A stretch of 64,000 nt of DNA. Origin: an uncultured Candidatus Saccharibacteria bacterium (GTDB lineage Bacteria; Patescibacteriota; Dojkabacteria; J137). The stretch lies in the NCBI GenBank assembly GCA_965230975.1, contig OZ246402.1:928859-992858 (forward strand), read 5' to 3'. The translations under genes were made by a program, and so were the position numbers. Shown here piece by piece: positions 31,390 to 40,983 of this stretch; position 1 is the stretch's first letter, and each line of letters starts with the position of its first letter. The notes under the pieces were generated by a model. The model saw only the letters and a program-made list of their open reading frames with translations, ran no database searches and was not told where the DNA came from.

Positions 31390-32121
31390 ATGAGACACTT
31401 TAGTGCCTACGAATTAAACATACTTTTAAGTCATAATATTGACCCAAAAACTATCTCTAACCTTAATATCCCGGTTGAATATATTGTAAAAGAAGCAGAA
31501 TTTTGTGAAAGAAATTTTGTTGTAAACGAAAGTACATTAATTCCTAGAGTAGAAACCGAATATTTGATTGAACTAGGACTTAAATATGTGAAAACCCAAA
31601 TGGTTAGATTTACAGATGTTGGTTGTGGCAGTGGTGCTATTGGATTGACCTTTGGCATTCAACTTAATTTAAGAAATACCTTGTTTGAATGTAGCTTATC
31701 AGATATTTCAGATGAAGCACTAAAAGTTGCAAATCAAAATTACCAACTCTTTAAAAGCCTAATGGGAAATAATAAAGTATGCATATTTAACTCAAATTTA
31801 TTAAAAGGCTATAGCAAAGAAAATAAATTAAATATAATATTTGCCAACTTGCCTTACATACCATCTTCAAGAATTAGTATTTTAGATAAATCCGTAAAAG
31901 ATTTTGAGCCTTTAAACGCATTAGACGGTGGCAAGGATGGATTAAAATTTATACGAGAACTTTTATTAAATGCTAAAGAATATCTTAGCCAAGATGGAGT
32001 AATTTTATTAGAGGTGGATGACACTCATAAAGATACCAAAGAGTTTGAAAAAGAATGGAATATTGAAGTTAAGAACGATTTTAACGGCAAAATTAGATAT
32101 TGGGTTTGCCATGTAAAATAA
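31390..32121 (+). CDS. prmC: release-factor glutamine methyltransferase HemK/PrmC (short N-terminus)
   Basis: TLIPRVETE, DVGCGSGAIG, ANLPYI, EPLNALDGGKDGL. Confidence 0.88.
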   Translation: MRHFSAYELNILLSHNIDPKTISNLNIPVEYIVKEAEFCERNFVVNESTLIPRVETEYLIELGLKYVKTQMVRFTDVGCGSGAIGLTFGIQLNLRNTLFECSLSDISDEALKVANQNYQLFKSLMGNNKVCIFNSNLLKGYSKENKLNIIFANLPYIPSSRISILDKSVKDFEPLNALDGGKDGLKFIRELLLNAKEYLSQDGVILLEVDDTHKDTKEFEKEWNIEVKNDFNGKIRYWVCHVK

Positions 32122-32464
32122 GCTTCTAATTACTAATATATTGAGTGCAAATTTAACATGCGCTCTCAAATACAAATAGACCCTCACTAACTTATTATTT
32201 GAAACCAATAATTTCTCTTGTTGGGAAAATTTCAAACTGCAAGGTTTTTGTAAGGATTAGTGTTTAATATATACCAAATCCAACACTATCAAAATTGCAC
32301 CAAAATTACACTTTTTATTGCAGTGGGAACCTATACCAGCTGTTACAGTTTTTTGAAAAGCATTTATAGATAGATCAATTTAAAAGTGCTAAATGAGTGC
32401 TTTTTTGCGAGTGATCAAAAAGGTTGAAGGTTATTTATTAAATTTTGTTATTATAAAAACCCTA

Positions 32465-32672
32465 TGAGAGATTATTTAAGAAAAGAAAAATATATTAGAA
32501 AAAATATTTATATTGCAGAATCAAAATATGATAATTGATACCTATTAATGTCAACTAAAGTAAGATTTTCATGGAAACATAAAGTAAAAGAATCTAATAA
32601 AATCATACCCTATAAAAAATTTCGTTTTACTTTATTGAACAAAAATTCTAATATGAAATACATAGTTAATTA
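32465..32672 (+). pseudogene. probable decayed small ORF
   Basis: MRDYLRKEK... interrupted by an in-frame TGA, then frame continues; lies in a 560-bp intergenic gap. Confidence 0.25.
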
Positions 32673-32684
32673 ATTCCTCTTACT

Positions 32685-34349
32685 ATGTCTAATCCTAAAT
32701 ATATATTTGTATCCGGTGGGGTCATTTCTGGCCTTGGCAAAGGTGTTACCGCATCTGCCCTTGGAGTTTTATTGCAATCTCGTGGTTACAATGTAACTGC
32801 TATCAAATGCGAGACTTATTTAAATGTTGATTCCGGCACAATCAATCCAATTGAACACGGAGATCCTTTTTTGTGTGCAGATGGATTAGAAGCAGATATG
32901 GATTTAGGTACTTACGAAAGATTTTTAGGAATACCAGTTGGTCACAAAAACTTTGTAACCATGGGTCAAATTTACAAGGAGATTATAGATAAAGAAAGAA
33001 GCATGGGGTATAACGGCAAAACAGTAGATGCAATACCCGAAATTCCAAACAAGATAATTGAGAGAATAAAAGCAGCCGCAGAAGGACATGATATTTGCAT
33101 TGTAGAACTAGGTGGCACAGCTGGAGAGTATCAAAATGTTTACAACTATGAAGCCGCTAGGATGATGAAACTAGAGCATCCACAAGATGTAATCCATGTG
33201 CATATAACATATGTCCCAATTCCAGAACATTTAGGAGAACCCAAAACAAAACCAACCCAACTATCTATGCGATTTTTAAACATGGCTGGTATTCAACCTG
33301 AATTTTTGGTTTTAAGATCTAATTCAGAAATCGATAATTTAAGAAAAGATAAGATTGCGATTCAATGTAATATTCATAAAGATAGAATTATATTAAATGC
33401 AAATTTAAGAACAATTTATGAACTTCCAGAAAAATTTGAAGAGCAAGAATTTGATAGGCAAGCACTTGAGCTTTTGGGTTTACCAGTAAAAAGATTGCTA
33501 TTTGATAAATGGCAAAACTTAACTAAAACTATCAAGACAGAAAGAACAAAAAGAGTAACCATTGCAATTGCAGGTAAATATATTGCCACTGGGTCTTATC
33601 AATTGCCAGATGCATACAATTCACTTACTCACTCTTTAAAACACGCAAGTTGGGGCACTGGGATTGGAGTTGATTATAAATTTGTTAATGTAGAAGATAT
33701 TGAAAAATCAAATGCTAAAAAATATTTGAGTGATGTAGATGGAATAATTGTACCTATTGGATGGGGTAATAGAGGAGCAGAAGGGAAAATTAAAGCTATT
33801 CAATATGCTAGAGAGCAAAAGATTCCATATTTAGGATTATGTTTTGGTATGCAATTAGCATGTATAGAGTACGCAAGAAATAAAGCTAATATTAAAGATG
33901 CTACTTCGGAAGAATTAGATGAGTCAAGTAAGAATAAAATAATCCATAGCATTCCGTTTGATCCAACTTACCAGACAATTAAGGGAGAGGGTACATCTAT
34001 GCGACTTGGTTCATTTGATTGCGTTGTTAAGAAAAATTCACTTGCATACAATATTTATAAAAAATATGGTTGGGGTAAAGAAGATAAAAAAGGTAATTTA
34101 ATAGTAGAAGAAAGACATAGACATAGGTTTGAGTTTAATAATGAATATCGAAAAGTTTTAAGTGATGCAGGTCTTGTTTTTAGTGGAGTTTCCCCAGATG
34201 ACTTTTTTGTGGAGATGATTGAATTACCCGAAAAAGAGCACCCATTCTTTTTAGCTACTCAAGCACACCCGGAATATAAATCGAGGCCACTTGAACCTCA
34301 CCCATTCTTTTTAGAATTTGTGAATAAAAGTTTTGAATTAAAGAAATAA
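32685..34349 (+). CDS. pyrG: CTP synthase
   Basis: GGVISGLGKG, KTKPTQ, GLCFGMQ, RHRHRFE, QAHPEYKS. Confidence 0.98.
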   Translation: MSNPKYIFVSGGVISGLGKGVTASALGVLLQSRGYNVTAIKCETYLNVDSGTINPIEHGDPFLCADGLEADMDLGTYERFLGIPVGHKNFVTMGQIYKEIIDKERSMGYNGKTVDAIPEIPNKIIERIKAAAEGHDICIVELGGTAGEYQNVYNYEAARMMKLEHPQDVIHVHITYVPIPEHLGEPKTKPTQLSMRFLNMAGIQPEFLVLRSNSEIDNLRKDKIAIQCNIHKDRIILNANLRTIYELPEKFEEQEFDRQALELLGLPVKRLLFDKWQNLTKTIKTERTKRVTIAIAGKYIATGSYQLPDAYNSLTHSLKHASWGTGIGVDYKFVNVEDIEKSNAKKYLSDVDGIIVPIGWGNRGAEGKIKAIQYAREQKIPYLGLCFGMQLACIEYARNKANIKDATSEELDESSKNKIIHSIPFDPTYQTIKGEGTSMRLGSFDCVVKKNSLAYNIYKKYGWGKEDKKGNLIVEERHRHRFEFNNEYRKVLSDAGLVFSGVSPDDFFVEMIELPEKEHPFFLATQAHPEYKSRPLEPHPFFLEFVNKSFELKK

Positions 34350-34356
34350 TTTTTTA

Positions 34357-34384
34357 TTGACATAAAGAAAAGCAGAGTTAAAAT
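34357..34384 (+). promoter_or_regulatory. sigma70-type promoter, twin 1
   Basis: TTGACA-16 nt-TAAAAT; flanks shared with 34794-34821. Confidence 0.6.
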
Positions 34385-34411
34385 CGCTATATATTTTTGA
34401 TTTCTAAAAGT

Positions 34412-34657
34412 ATGTTTCATAATGATATATCCCTTTATTGCTCTGAAACCTTGTTGAAATCTTCCCCAGAAAATATAAATCATCTTGTTCAGGCAATTAT
34501 TACAATGCTAACTAATAGTGGTTACACTCTTAGCAAAGAACTTATATTAAATTATATTCCAAGTTTTATAATGACTACTTCTGGCGAATTAGTGAATGAT
34601 GCAATTAATAGAGCGATACTCGATGTGAGAGACAATCAAACAAATGTTGAAAACTAA
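34412..34657 (+). CDS. small hypothetical protein
   Basis: ORF directly downstream of the twin-1 promoter; ATG at 34412. Confidence 0.5.
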   Translation: MFHNDISLYCSETLLKSSPENINHLVQAIITMLTNSGYTLSKELILNYIPSFIMTTSGELVNDAINRAILDVRDNQTNVEN

Positions 34658-34716
34658 ACAACTTTCTCTATTCTGAAGGTCTTGAGGATAAACCCTTGTT
34701 TTAGCAACCCGTATAA

Positions 34717-34745
34717 TTTTAGTTCGTATTACGAACGAACTAAAA
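34717..34745. repeat. REP-like palindrome, copy 1
   Basis: tttta-gttcgtattacgaacgaact-aaaa; identical 20-nt core at 38411 and 59354. Confidence 0.85.
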
Positions 34746-34793
34746 CCTTATACCATTCTCAAAGGATAGTGTCAGTCTAAGGATTCGATTTTA

Positions 34794-34821
34794 TTGACAA
34801 GGTTTTATAAAGAGTTAAAAT
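34794..34821 (+). promoter_or_regulatory. sigma70-type promoter, twin 2
   Basis: TTGACA-16 nt-TAAAAT with shared ttttattgaca and agagttaaaatcg. Confidence 0.6.
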
Positions 34822-34848
34822 CGAGACAATAATTCTTACTTTCTTTTT

Positions 34849-35072
34849 ATGAGTATAGATGAAATTCCTCTAGACGGTCCAATTGCAGCACCTTATATTA
34901 ACACTCCAAGCTTAGAAACATTCAAGCCTATACTTATGCACCTAGTTACTAGTGTATCTGATCCAATCAATTAGACTTGCCGTCCTTAAGTGATATTTAT
35001 GGTCTTGAAAGTTTTGGTATCACTGAAGCAAAATTATTAGAACTTTTTGAGACTTGTACAAGCGAGATGTAA
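34849..35072 (+). pseudogene. frameshifted small hypothetical gene
   Basis: MSIDEIPLDGP...DPIN* continues in another frame as DLPSLSDIYGLESFGITEAKLLELFETCTSEM*. Confidence 0.4.
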
Positions 35073-35073
35073 T

Positions 35074-36627
35074 TTAAGCTAATAAGTCCCTTCCGGTCAT
35101 CTCGGGAGGGATTTCTAAGCCCATTAATCTTAAAATTGTTGGGGCAATATCACTTAGGCCACCCACAGTTAATTCGCGACCTTGCAGACCGTTTTTAACT
35201 ATAACTACTGGTACTTGGTTTGTAGAGTGCTTTGTATCCGGATTGCCGGTTTTTAAATCAATTAATTCTTCTGCATTACCATGATCTGCCGTAATTATTA
35301 CTGCACCATCTTTCTTTAAAACATCTTGTATTATTCTACCTATACATTCATCGCAAGTTTCCATGGCCTTTTTTGTAGCATCTATAATACCAGTATGTGC
35401 AACCATATCTGGACCCGCATAGTTTATAAGCATAAAATCAAATTCATCTGTTTTTAATTTTTCTAGCAAAACATCTGTAACCCACTTTTGACTCATCTCA
35501 GGTTTTTTATCGTAAGTTGCTACATCTTTAGGAGAGGGCACCTCTAACCAAGTTTCTAATGGGTAAATATCTTTATTTGCACCATTAAAGAAATATGTAA
35601 CATGGGGGAATTTTTCAGATTCTGCTAATCTTAATTGTTTCAACCCATGATCTGATAATATTTTACCTAAAGGCGCATTTACTTTTTCTAATGGGAATGC
35701 CTTATTATGTGGGTATCCGTTTTCGTAGTCAGTCATTCCAACATAATATAGGTCTTTAAATTTAGTTGTTTTAAACTCTTTAAATTCGTTATCTTCAAAT
35801 GCCATTGTTAATTGAACAGCTCTATCTGGCCTAAAGTTAAAGAATATTACAGAATCCCCATCTTCAATATTGTATACATCTCCGTTGTAATCTATCAAAA
35901 TTGGGTCTAAGTATTCATCTGTAATTTTTTTGGAATAAGATTCTTTAATTGCTTTTTTCCAATCTTTTACTTTATTACCTTTAGAATTTACTAACATATC
36001 ATAAGCAATTTGAGTTCTTGCCCAATTTCTATTTCTATCCATTGCATAAGCTCTACCCACAATAGATGCCAACTTTCCAACCCTTCTTTGAATACAAATG
36101 GCCTCAATTTTTTCTATGCACTCAATTGCGGCATCGGGTGGGGAATCTCTACCATCAGTAAATACATGAATCGCAACTCTATCAGATTTCATTTTCTCTT
36201 CTCCTGCCATTTTGATTAACGCAAAAAGGTGTTCTATAGATGCATGTACAAAACCTGTCCCTACTAAACCCATTAAATGAACAGTTCCACCTGTTTTCTT
36301 TGCATGGTCAAATGCACTTTTTAACAATGGATTTTCAAAGAATGATCCATTGGCAATAGCATTATCAATTCGAGGTAAGTTTTGAAAAATAACTTTGCCT
36401 GCACCTAAAGTCATGTGACCAACTTCACTATTACCATCTGTGCCTTGAGGCAAGCCTACATTAAGACCCGATGCTTCTAGGTAGGTATGAGGATAATTAG
36501 GCCATAACCTGTCTAAATTAGGTGTATCTGCTAATGTAACTGCGTTACCTTCTCCCGGAGGAGCAACACCAACACCGTCCATTATTGCAAGTACAACTGG
36601 TTTTGGTCTTTTGAAAAATACTGCCAT
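35074..36627 (-). CDS. gpmI: 2,3-bisphosphoglycerate-independent phosphoglycerate mutase (copy 2)
   Basis: GNSEVGH, TDGRD, GRAYAMDR, FNFRPDRA, DMVAHTG, TADHGNAE. Confidence 0.96.
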   Translation of the reverse strand: MAVFFKRPKPVVLAIMDGVGVAPPGEGNAVTLADTPNLDRLWPNYPHTYLEASGLNVGLPQGTDGNSEVGHMTLGAGKVIFQNLPRIDNAIANGSFFENPLLKSAFDHAKKTGGTVHLMGLVGTGFVHASIEHLFALIKMAGEEKMKSDRVAIHVFTDGRDSPPDAAIECIEKIEAICIQRRVGKLASIVGRAYAMDRNRNWARTQIAYDMLVNSKGNKVKDWKKAIKESYSKKITDEYLDPILIDYNGDVYNIEDGDSVIFFNFRPDRAVQLTMAFEDNEFKEFKTTKFKDLYYVGMTDYENGYPHNKAFPLEKVNAPLGKILSDHGLKQLRLAESEKFPHVTYFFNGANKDIYPLETWLEVPSPKDVATYDKKPEMSQKWVTDVLLEKLKTDEFDFMLINYAGPDMVAHTGIIDATKKAMETCDECIGRIIQDVLKKDGAVIITADHGNAEELIDLKTGNPDTKHSTNQVPVVIVKNGLQGRELTVGGLSDIAPTILRLMGLEIPPEMTGRDLLA

Positions 36628-36838
36628 GTCTTATTTTATATCTAAATTTTAGTGATTAGAAGTTTTTAAATTTGCTTTTATATAATACGTGTATTAGGCG
36701 TATTTATCAAATTTAGGAACACTATTCTTAAACGACTTGCCATTAAGTTTTTTAGAGGTAAATATAAACGAACTTTATACATTTATTTGTGAAAGCGTAA
36801 TTAGCTACAATTTAGAAAGTTAGACTTTTTGTACAAAG

Positions 36839-38032
36839 CTATATAAGCTGTGTTTTTATTTTGTCCATCCAATTAGAATAGAATGCTAAGTTATGAATTG
36901 TAGCCAACCTAAAGCCCGAAGGTTCATTTATTCTCAGTAAGTGCCTAATGTACGATCTAGAAACTGTCTTGCAAGCTTCACAATCACATGTTTCGTCTAT
37001 TGGTTTTGAATCAAACTTGTATTTTTCTGTTTTTATATGCAAAACATCATAACTTAAGTTTTTATAAGATTTTGTACTTTCGCCTTGCCCTTCAGATACA
37101 TATAACAATCCATGTCTTGCATTTCTAGTTGGTAAAACGGTATCGAACAAATCCCAGCCAACATCTACACAGAAAGCTATATCATCCGGCTGGCCAACTC
37201 CCATGGCATATTTGAATTTTTGATTAGGTATAAGCTCTGAAACATATTGAAGCATTTCGTGGTAAAAACCCTTTTTACTTTCAGTTTTCCAAGTTTCTCC
37301 AGTATGAAGTGGCATTCCACCAAAATTGTATAAATCAAAATCTAGTTCAATTAACGCATCTGCAGAGATTTTACGTAGCTCAAAATCGTTACCGCCTTGA
37401 ATTACACAACCGATTAGCGGTCGATTTTGAGCGGTTGTTGAATTTTTAATTTGCAAAGTTTCAAAATCTTTATCTAAAATTAATCGGGGCAGAGTAGTGT
37501 TTAAATCAAATCCATTAAGTTGTTTAAACTTGTCTAAAGATCTTTTTGCCCATTTGGTGTTTATTACCAAACTTGATTTTCTTTCATCAAAACTTGCGTT
37601 TCCTAAAATTGGATTATCTAAAACTGTAACAATATCTGCACCCAAGTTATGCTGAATTTGTTGAGAAGATTCTGGGGTTAAGAGTGAATGTTTGCCAGTT
37701 TCGGGGTCAATAAATGTGCAACCTAGCTCTGAAATGCTGTTCCCTTTTATTGCACCTTTATTTGCATTTATTAACGAAAAAACCTGCCATCCGCCACTAT
37801 CTGTCAAGATTGGTCTATCCCATCCAAAAAATTTATGAATCCCCCCAATTTTTTTTATAAATACACTACCAATTTTTTGCTCTATGTGTAGGGTTGTGGT
37901 TACAATCTCTTTTACTCCTGCATTTTTGGCATCTAAAAATGAAATTGATTTAATCGCCCCATAAGTTGCATCCGGCATAAATGCCGGTAGCTGAATTTTG
38001 CCATGATTTGTATTTATAAATTCTTTGTTCAA
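36839..38032 (-). CDS. tgt: tRNA-guanine transglycosylase
   Basis: LTDSGGWQVFSL, MGVG, DLFDTVLPTRNARHG, CDCEAC...HNL zinc site. Confidence 0.95.
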   Translation of the reverse strand: MNKEFINTNHGKIQLPAFMPDATYGAIKSISFLDAKNAGVKEIVTTTLHIEQKIGSVFIKKIGGIHKFFGWDRPILTDSGGWQVFSLINANKGAIKGNSISELGCTFIDPETGKHSLLTPESSQQIQHNLGADIVTVLDNPILGNASFDERKSSLVINTKWAKRSLDKFKQLNGFDLNTTLPRLILDKDFETLQIKNSTTAQNRPLIGCVIQGGNDFELRKISADALIELDFDLYNFGGMPLHTGETWKTESKKGFYHEMLQYVSELIPNQKFKYAMGVGQPDDIAFCVDVGWDLFDTVLPTRNARHGLLYVSEGQGESTKSYKNLSYDVLHIKTEKYKFDSKPIDETCDCEACKTVSRSYIRHLLRINEPSGFRLATIHNLAFYSNWMDKIKTQLI

Positions 38033-38056
38033 GTTTAAATTTTAATCTAGATTAAG

Positions 38057-38314
38057 TTATGTTTCGCTTACCATAGTCCCCATTACTTTATCTTTAAATT
38101 GTTTCCAGGTCGCTCCATATAAGTTTGATACTTGAACATACTCAATTAACATTCCAATTAGTGGTGCAGTAGTTTCATCTTGAGTCGGAATCAACGAAGT
38201 TAAAATAACTGATGCAGGCATATTATCGTCCTCTGTATCAATAGTGTTAATAATCGCTTTAATCTGATCATCTAAACTAGTGTTAGCGTCAAACTCATGA
38301 ATACTATTTATCAT
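38057..38314 (-). CDS. small hypothetical protein
   Basis: 85-aa ORF upstream of tgt. Confidence 0.55.
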   Translation of the reverse strand: MINSIHEFDANTSLDDQIKAIINTIDTEDDNMPASVILTSLIPTQDETTAPLIGMLIEYVQVSNLYGATWKQFKDKVMGTMVSET

Positions 38315-38404
38315 ATAACTTCAATATAATTAGAGCAATTTTATCATGAATGTATTATTGTTTGTGTCTGGTTGCTAATTACCTGTCGCGAGAGATCACA
38401 CTTT

Positions 38405-38435
38405 TAAATAGTTCGTATTACGAACGAACTATTTA
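38405..38435. repeat. REP-like palindrome, copy 2
   Basis: taaata-gttcgtattacgaacgaact-attta. Confidence 0.85.
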
Positions 38436-38561
38436 GATTTAAGACTTTAAACGAATATATAGAATCTAGGGTCCTTCTGTTTCAAAAAAATTTCCCGTTT
38501 TAAACGACCTTTAAAAGGTTAGCACCCTGAGTATAGAGTATATGCAAATTTACAATTTATT

Positions 38562-39143
38562 TTAAGGCTCTAAAGATGAGCTCTTTAAAGATTCAATTTG
38601 CTTTGAAATATGGGTAGATCTTAAGATTTGATTTAAAAGAATCATAAACCTTACAGTAAAATCATTGTTCATGTTTCTTAATAAATCCTCTATAGATAAG
38701 TATGAAAGTTCAAGCAATGTATAGTTTGGATTAATTTTTGAAAGCATTAAAAACAATTGTCTTAAGTAAGAATCATGATTAGAAATCTTAGCTGCTTGTT
38801 CGTATAAAAAGGAATTCACATCAGATTGTTTTAATACATCAATATCTTCTTGTGAAAGTCTGTCAAATAAAGGTTCTGGTTTATGAAAGTCAAAATAGTC
38901 ATGAAAGTCTTTTACTTTAAGATCCAAATCAACTCCTATGGTTTTAAATTCTTGAACTTTAGCTAAGTTTGGTAAGAAAAAAATACCATACAAATCCAAA
39001 ACTTGGGACAAGTTTGTATTAGAGTCCAAAAATTCTTGTGCAAAAGATGATAATGCTTTTACTGGCTTTAAAAACTGGTTAGGTAAGTGAAAGGCTTCGC
39101 TAGTTTCTGATAAGCTTGGGCCTTTAAAATGCCTATTTCCCAT
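38562..39143 (-). CDS. hypothetical protein with a weak alpha-CTD-like segment
   Basis: YTLLELSYLSIEDLL; N-terminal half resembles 39149-39409. Confidence 0.6.
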   Translation of the reverse strand: MGNRHFKGPSLSETSEAFHLPNQFLKPVKALSSFAQEFLDSNTNLSQVLDLYGIFFLPNLAKVQEFKTIGVDLDLKVKDFHDYFDFHKPEPLFDRLSQEDIDVLKQSDVNSFLYEQAAKISNHDSYLRQLFLMLSKINPNYTLLELSYLSIEDLLRNMNNDFTVRFMILLNQILRSTHISKQIESLKSSSLEP

Positions 39144-39148
39144 AAATT

Positions 39149-39409
39149 TTATTGTTCTTCGTGTAAATTATTATCTTGGGCAAAATATTTTTCTAAACCT
39201 AAGTATTCTATTACGTCCTTAAGTTTAACTTTAATATCTACATTTGCTTTCTTTAGAGGATCTGTTGAAAGATGATGTCTGTATCCTATTTTGTCAACTG
39301 CCTCTTTAAGTGTTGTTTCCGGAGTCATTTCTTTAAATGATTCTCTTAATGTCTTAATTAATGACCATCTTACTTTATAAGTCAAATAAGGCTTTTCTAG
39401 ATTTTCCAT
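39149..39409 (-). CDS. small hypothetical protein, possible paralog of 38562-39143
   Basis: TTLKEAVD...VDIKVKLKDVIEY versus TNLSQVLD...VDLDLKVKDFHDY. Confidence 0.6.
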   Translation of the reverse strand: MENLEKPYLTYKVRWSLIKTLRESFKEMTPETTLKEAVDKIGYRHHLSTDPLKKANVDIKVKLKDVIEYLGLEKYFAQDNNLHEEQ

Positions 39410-39447
39410 CTCGGATCTTAAAACAGTTTATTAGAATTTACAATCTT

Positions 39448-40263
39448 TTAAGACTCTCCGAACAATTTAGAATCAAAAATGTTAGCCTCAATGAGCGCTC
39501 TTTTTATATTATTAACTACCTTTCTTTTACTTCTAGTTAAATTATCTTCATTATCTGAACTAAAAGATGAAATACTATGAACATAAAAATTTATCATCGA
39601 ATCAAAATTAGCTATACTCATATTTGATAAGATTTGTAGGCTATTAATCCCATTATAAATTAAGTATCTTCTAAGTGGTATTAAGCTAATAAAATTTAAT
39701 TTGCTTTCCTGCCTAGCTTGTTCGGTTGTAAATGCTAAACCCATTACTGATAATACATTTTTTAAAACTCTCATACCTGCAGGTCCTATTCCGCCAATTG
39801 CTTCTACTTCTTTTTCTGTTAAAGCAGAGAATGTATATAGATTATGGCCCGGAACAGTCGTAATGATATTAAAAATAACTCGTGCTAATTCAGATTTCGG
39901 GTTTGATTCAATTAAAGCATCGTAAATATCTAGCATTCTAATTGCACCAACTTCGCATTGTGCGTTAAGGCTCATACTGGCCAATAAAGTATAGTCTGAG
40001 TCAGATTTAATTTTGCAAATATTAATAAAATCACTCCAAGTAAGTTGTTCTAACTCTTCGGCAAAGTCTAATTGAAGAAGGGCAACTAGATCGTAAATTT
40101 TAGAACTAGGGTTATTTATTTCTAAATCGCGTATTATTTGCAACGCTTTAAGAGCAGGAATAGCAAAGAAGTATTCACCTACTTTTAAAGAGGCTAGTGC
40201 TTTCAATTGAGGCCGATAAATTTCTGCAAAATTGAAAGTTCGAAACGTATCAAGTTGTTGCAT
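39448..40263 (-). CDS. protein with RNA polymerase alpha-CTD/HhH-like domain(s)
   Basis: LYTFSALTEKEVEAIGGIGPAGMRVLKNVLSVMGL; second partial repeat YLIYNGINSLQILSNMS. Confidence 0.65.
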   Translation of the reverse strand: MQQLDTFRTFNFAEIYRPQLKALASLKVGEYFFAIPALKALQIIRDLEINNPSSKIYDLVALLQLDFAEELEQLTWSDFINICKIKSDSDYTLLASMSLNAQCEVGAIRMLDIYDALIESNPKSELARVIFNIITTVPGHNLYTFSALTEKEVEAIGGIGPAGMRVLKNVLSVMGLAFTTEQARQESKLNFISLIPLRRYLIYNGINSLQILSNMSIANFDSMINFYVHSISSFSSDNEDNLTRSKRKVVNNIKRALIEANIFDSKLFGES

Positions 40264-40338
40264 AGATTTACTTTAAATATATCGAGTATATTACTAATTT
40301 ATACTTTTTGGGAATAACCTATAATTAAAATCTAATTA

Positions 40339-40400
40339 TTGACAAGAAAAATATGGTAGTGGTATATTTCTTACTAGCAGGCAGTGCAACTTACTGCTAA
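40339..40400 (+). promoter_or_regulatory. promoter plus CIRCE-like (HrcA) operator for Hsp20
   Basis: TTGACA-18 nt-TATATT, then ctagcaggc-N9-tactgctaa at 40374-40400. Confidence 0.65.
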
Positions 40401-40428
40401 AAATATATTATTTATTAAAATATTTTTT

Positions 40429-40911
40429 ATGAATAATAGAAGAATTTCTTTAATAAACCCAAAAACAATTAGACCTTCTCAACTATTTGATTCTTTTTTT
40501 GATGAATTTTTTACAGCAGACCCTATATCCGTAAACGATAAGACCCAAAGTGAACTTAATACATTATCTACTGATTCACTTGAAGTAGATATGTACGAAA
40601 CTGAAAAAGCAATAATGGTAGAAGCAAAAGTCCCCGGCTTTAAAGAAGACAACTTGAATATTAAAATTGAAGATAATATTTTAATTATTGAAGGATCTGT
40701 TCAAGAAGAATCCGAGCAAAAGCAAGATAGGAAATATCATATTAAAGAGGTTAGTACTAAATCTGTGTACAGGTCTTTAATGCTACCAGCCAAGGTTGAT
40801 GTAAATAATTCAGAAGCTGAGTTTAGTAATGGTATTGTTAAAATTGTTTTACCAAAGCTTGAAAATTCTAAACCTGCAAGTATTAGAATCAAAACTAAAT
40901 CTAAAGAATAA
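40429..40911 (+). CDS. Hsp20/alpha-crystallin small heat-shock protein
   Basis: VDMYET, AKVPG, YRSLMLP, AEFSNGIVKIVLPK, C-terminal IRI. Confidence 0.93.
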   Translation: MNNRRISLINPKTIRPSQLFDSFFDEFFTADPISVNDKTQSELNTLSTDSLEVDMYETEKAIMVEAKVPGFKEDNLNIKIEDNILIIEGSVQEESEQKQDRKYHIKEVSTKSVYRSLMLPAKVDVNNSEAEFSNGIVKIVLPKLENSKPASIRIKTKSKE

Positions 40912-40931
40912 ATAACCAAAGAGTTCTATAA

Positions 40932-40954
40932 ACGGCCCCGATTCTCGGGGCCGT
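40932..40954. terminator. CCCCGA-family hairpin after Hsp20
   Basis: acggccccga-ttc-tcggggccgt. Confidence 0.7.
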
Positions 40955-40983
40955 AAGTATATCGTCTTTTTAAGCGAAAGGCC

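Noticed and set aside
32465-32672. In-frame TGA as evidence of genetic code 25 or 4
   Set aside because: Long conserved genes translate fully under code 11, and TGA ends genes such as 47170-47556 and 47952-48551.
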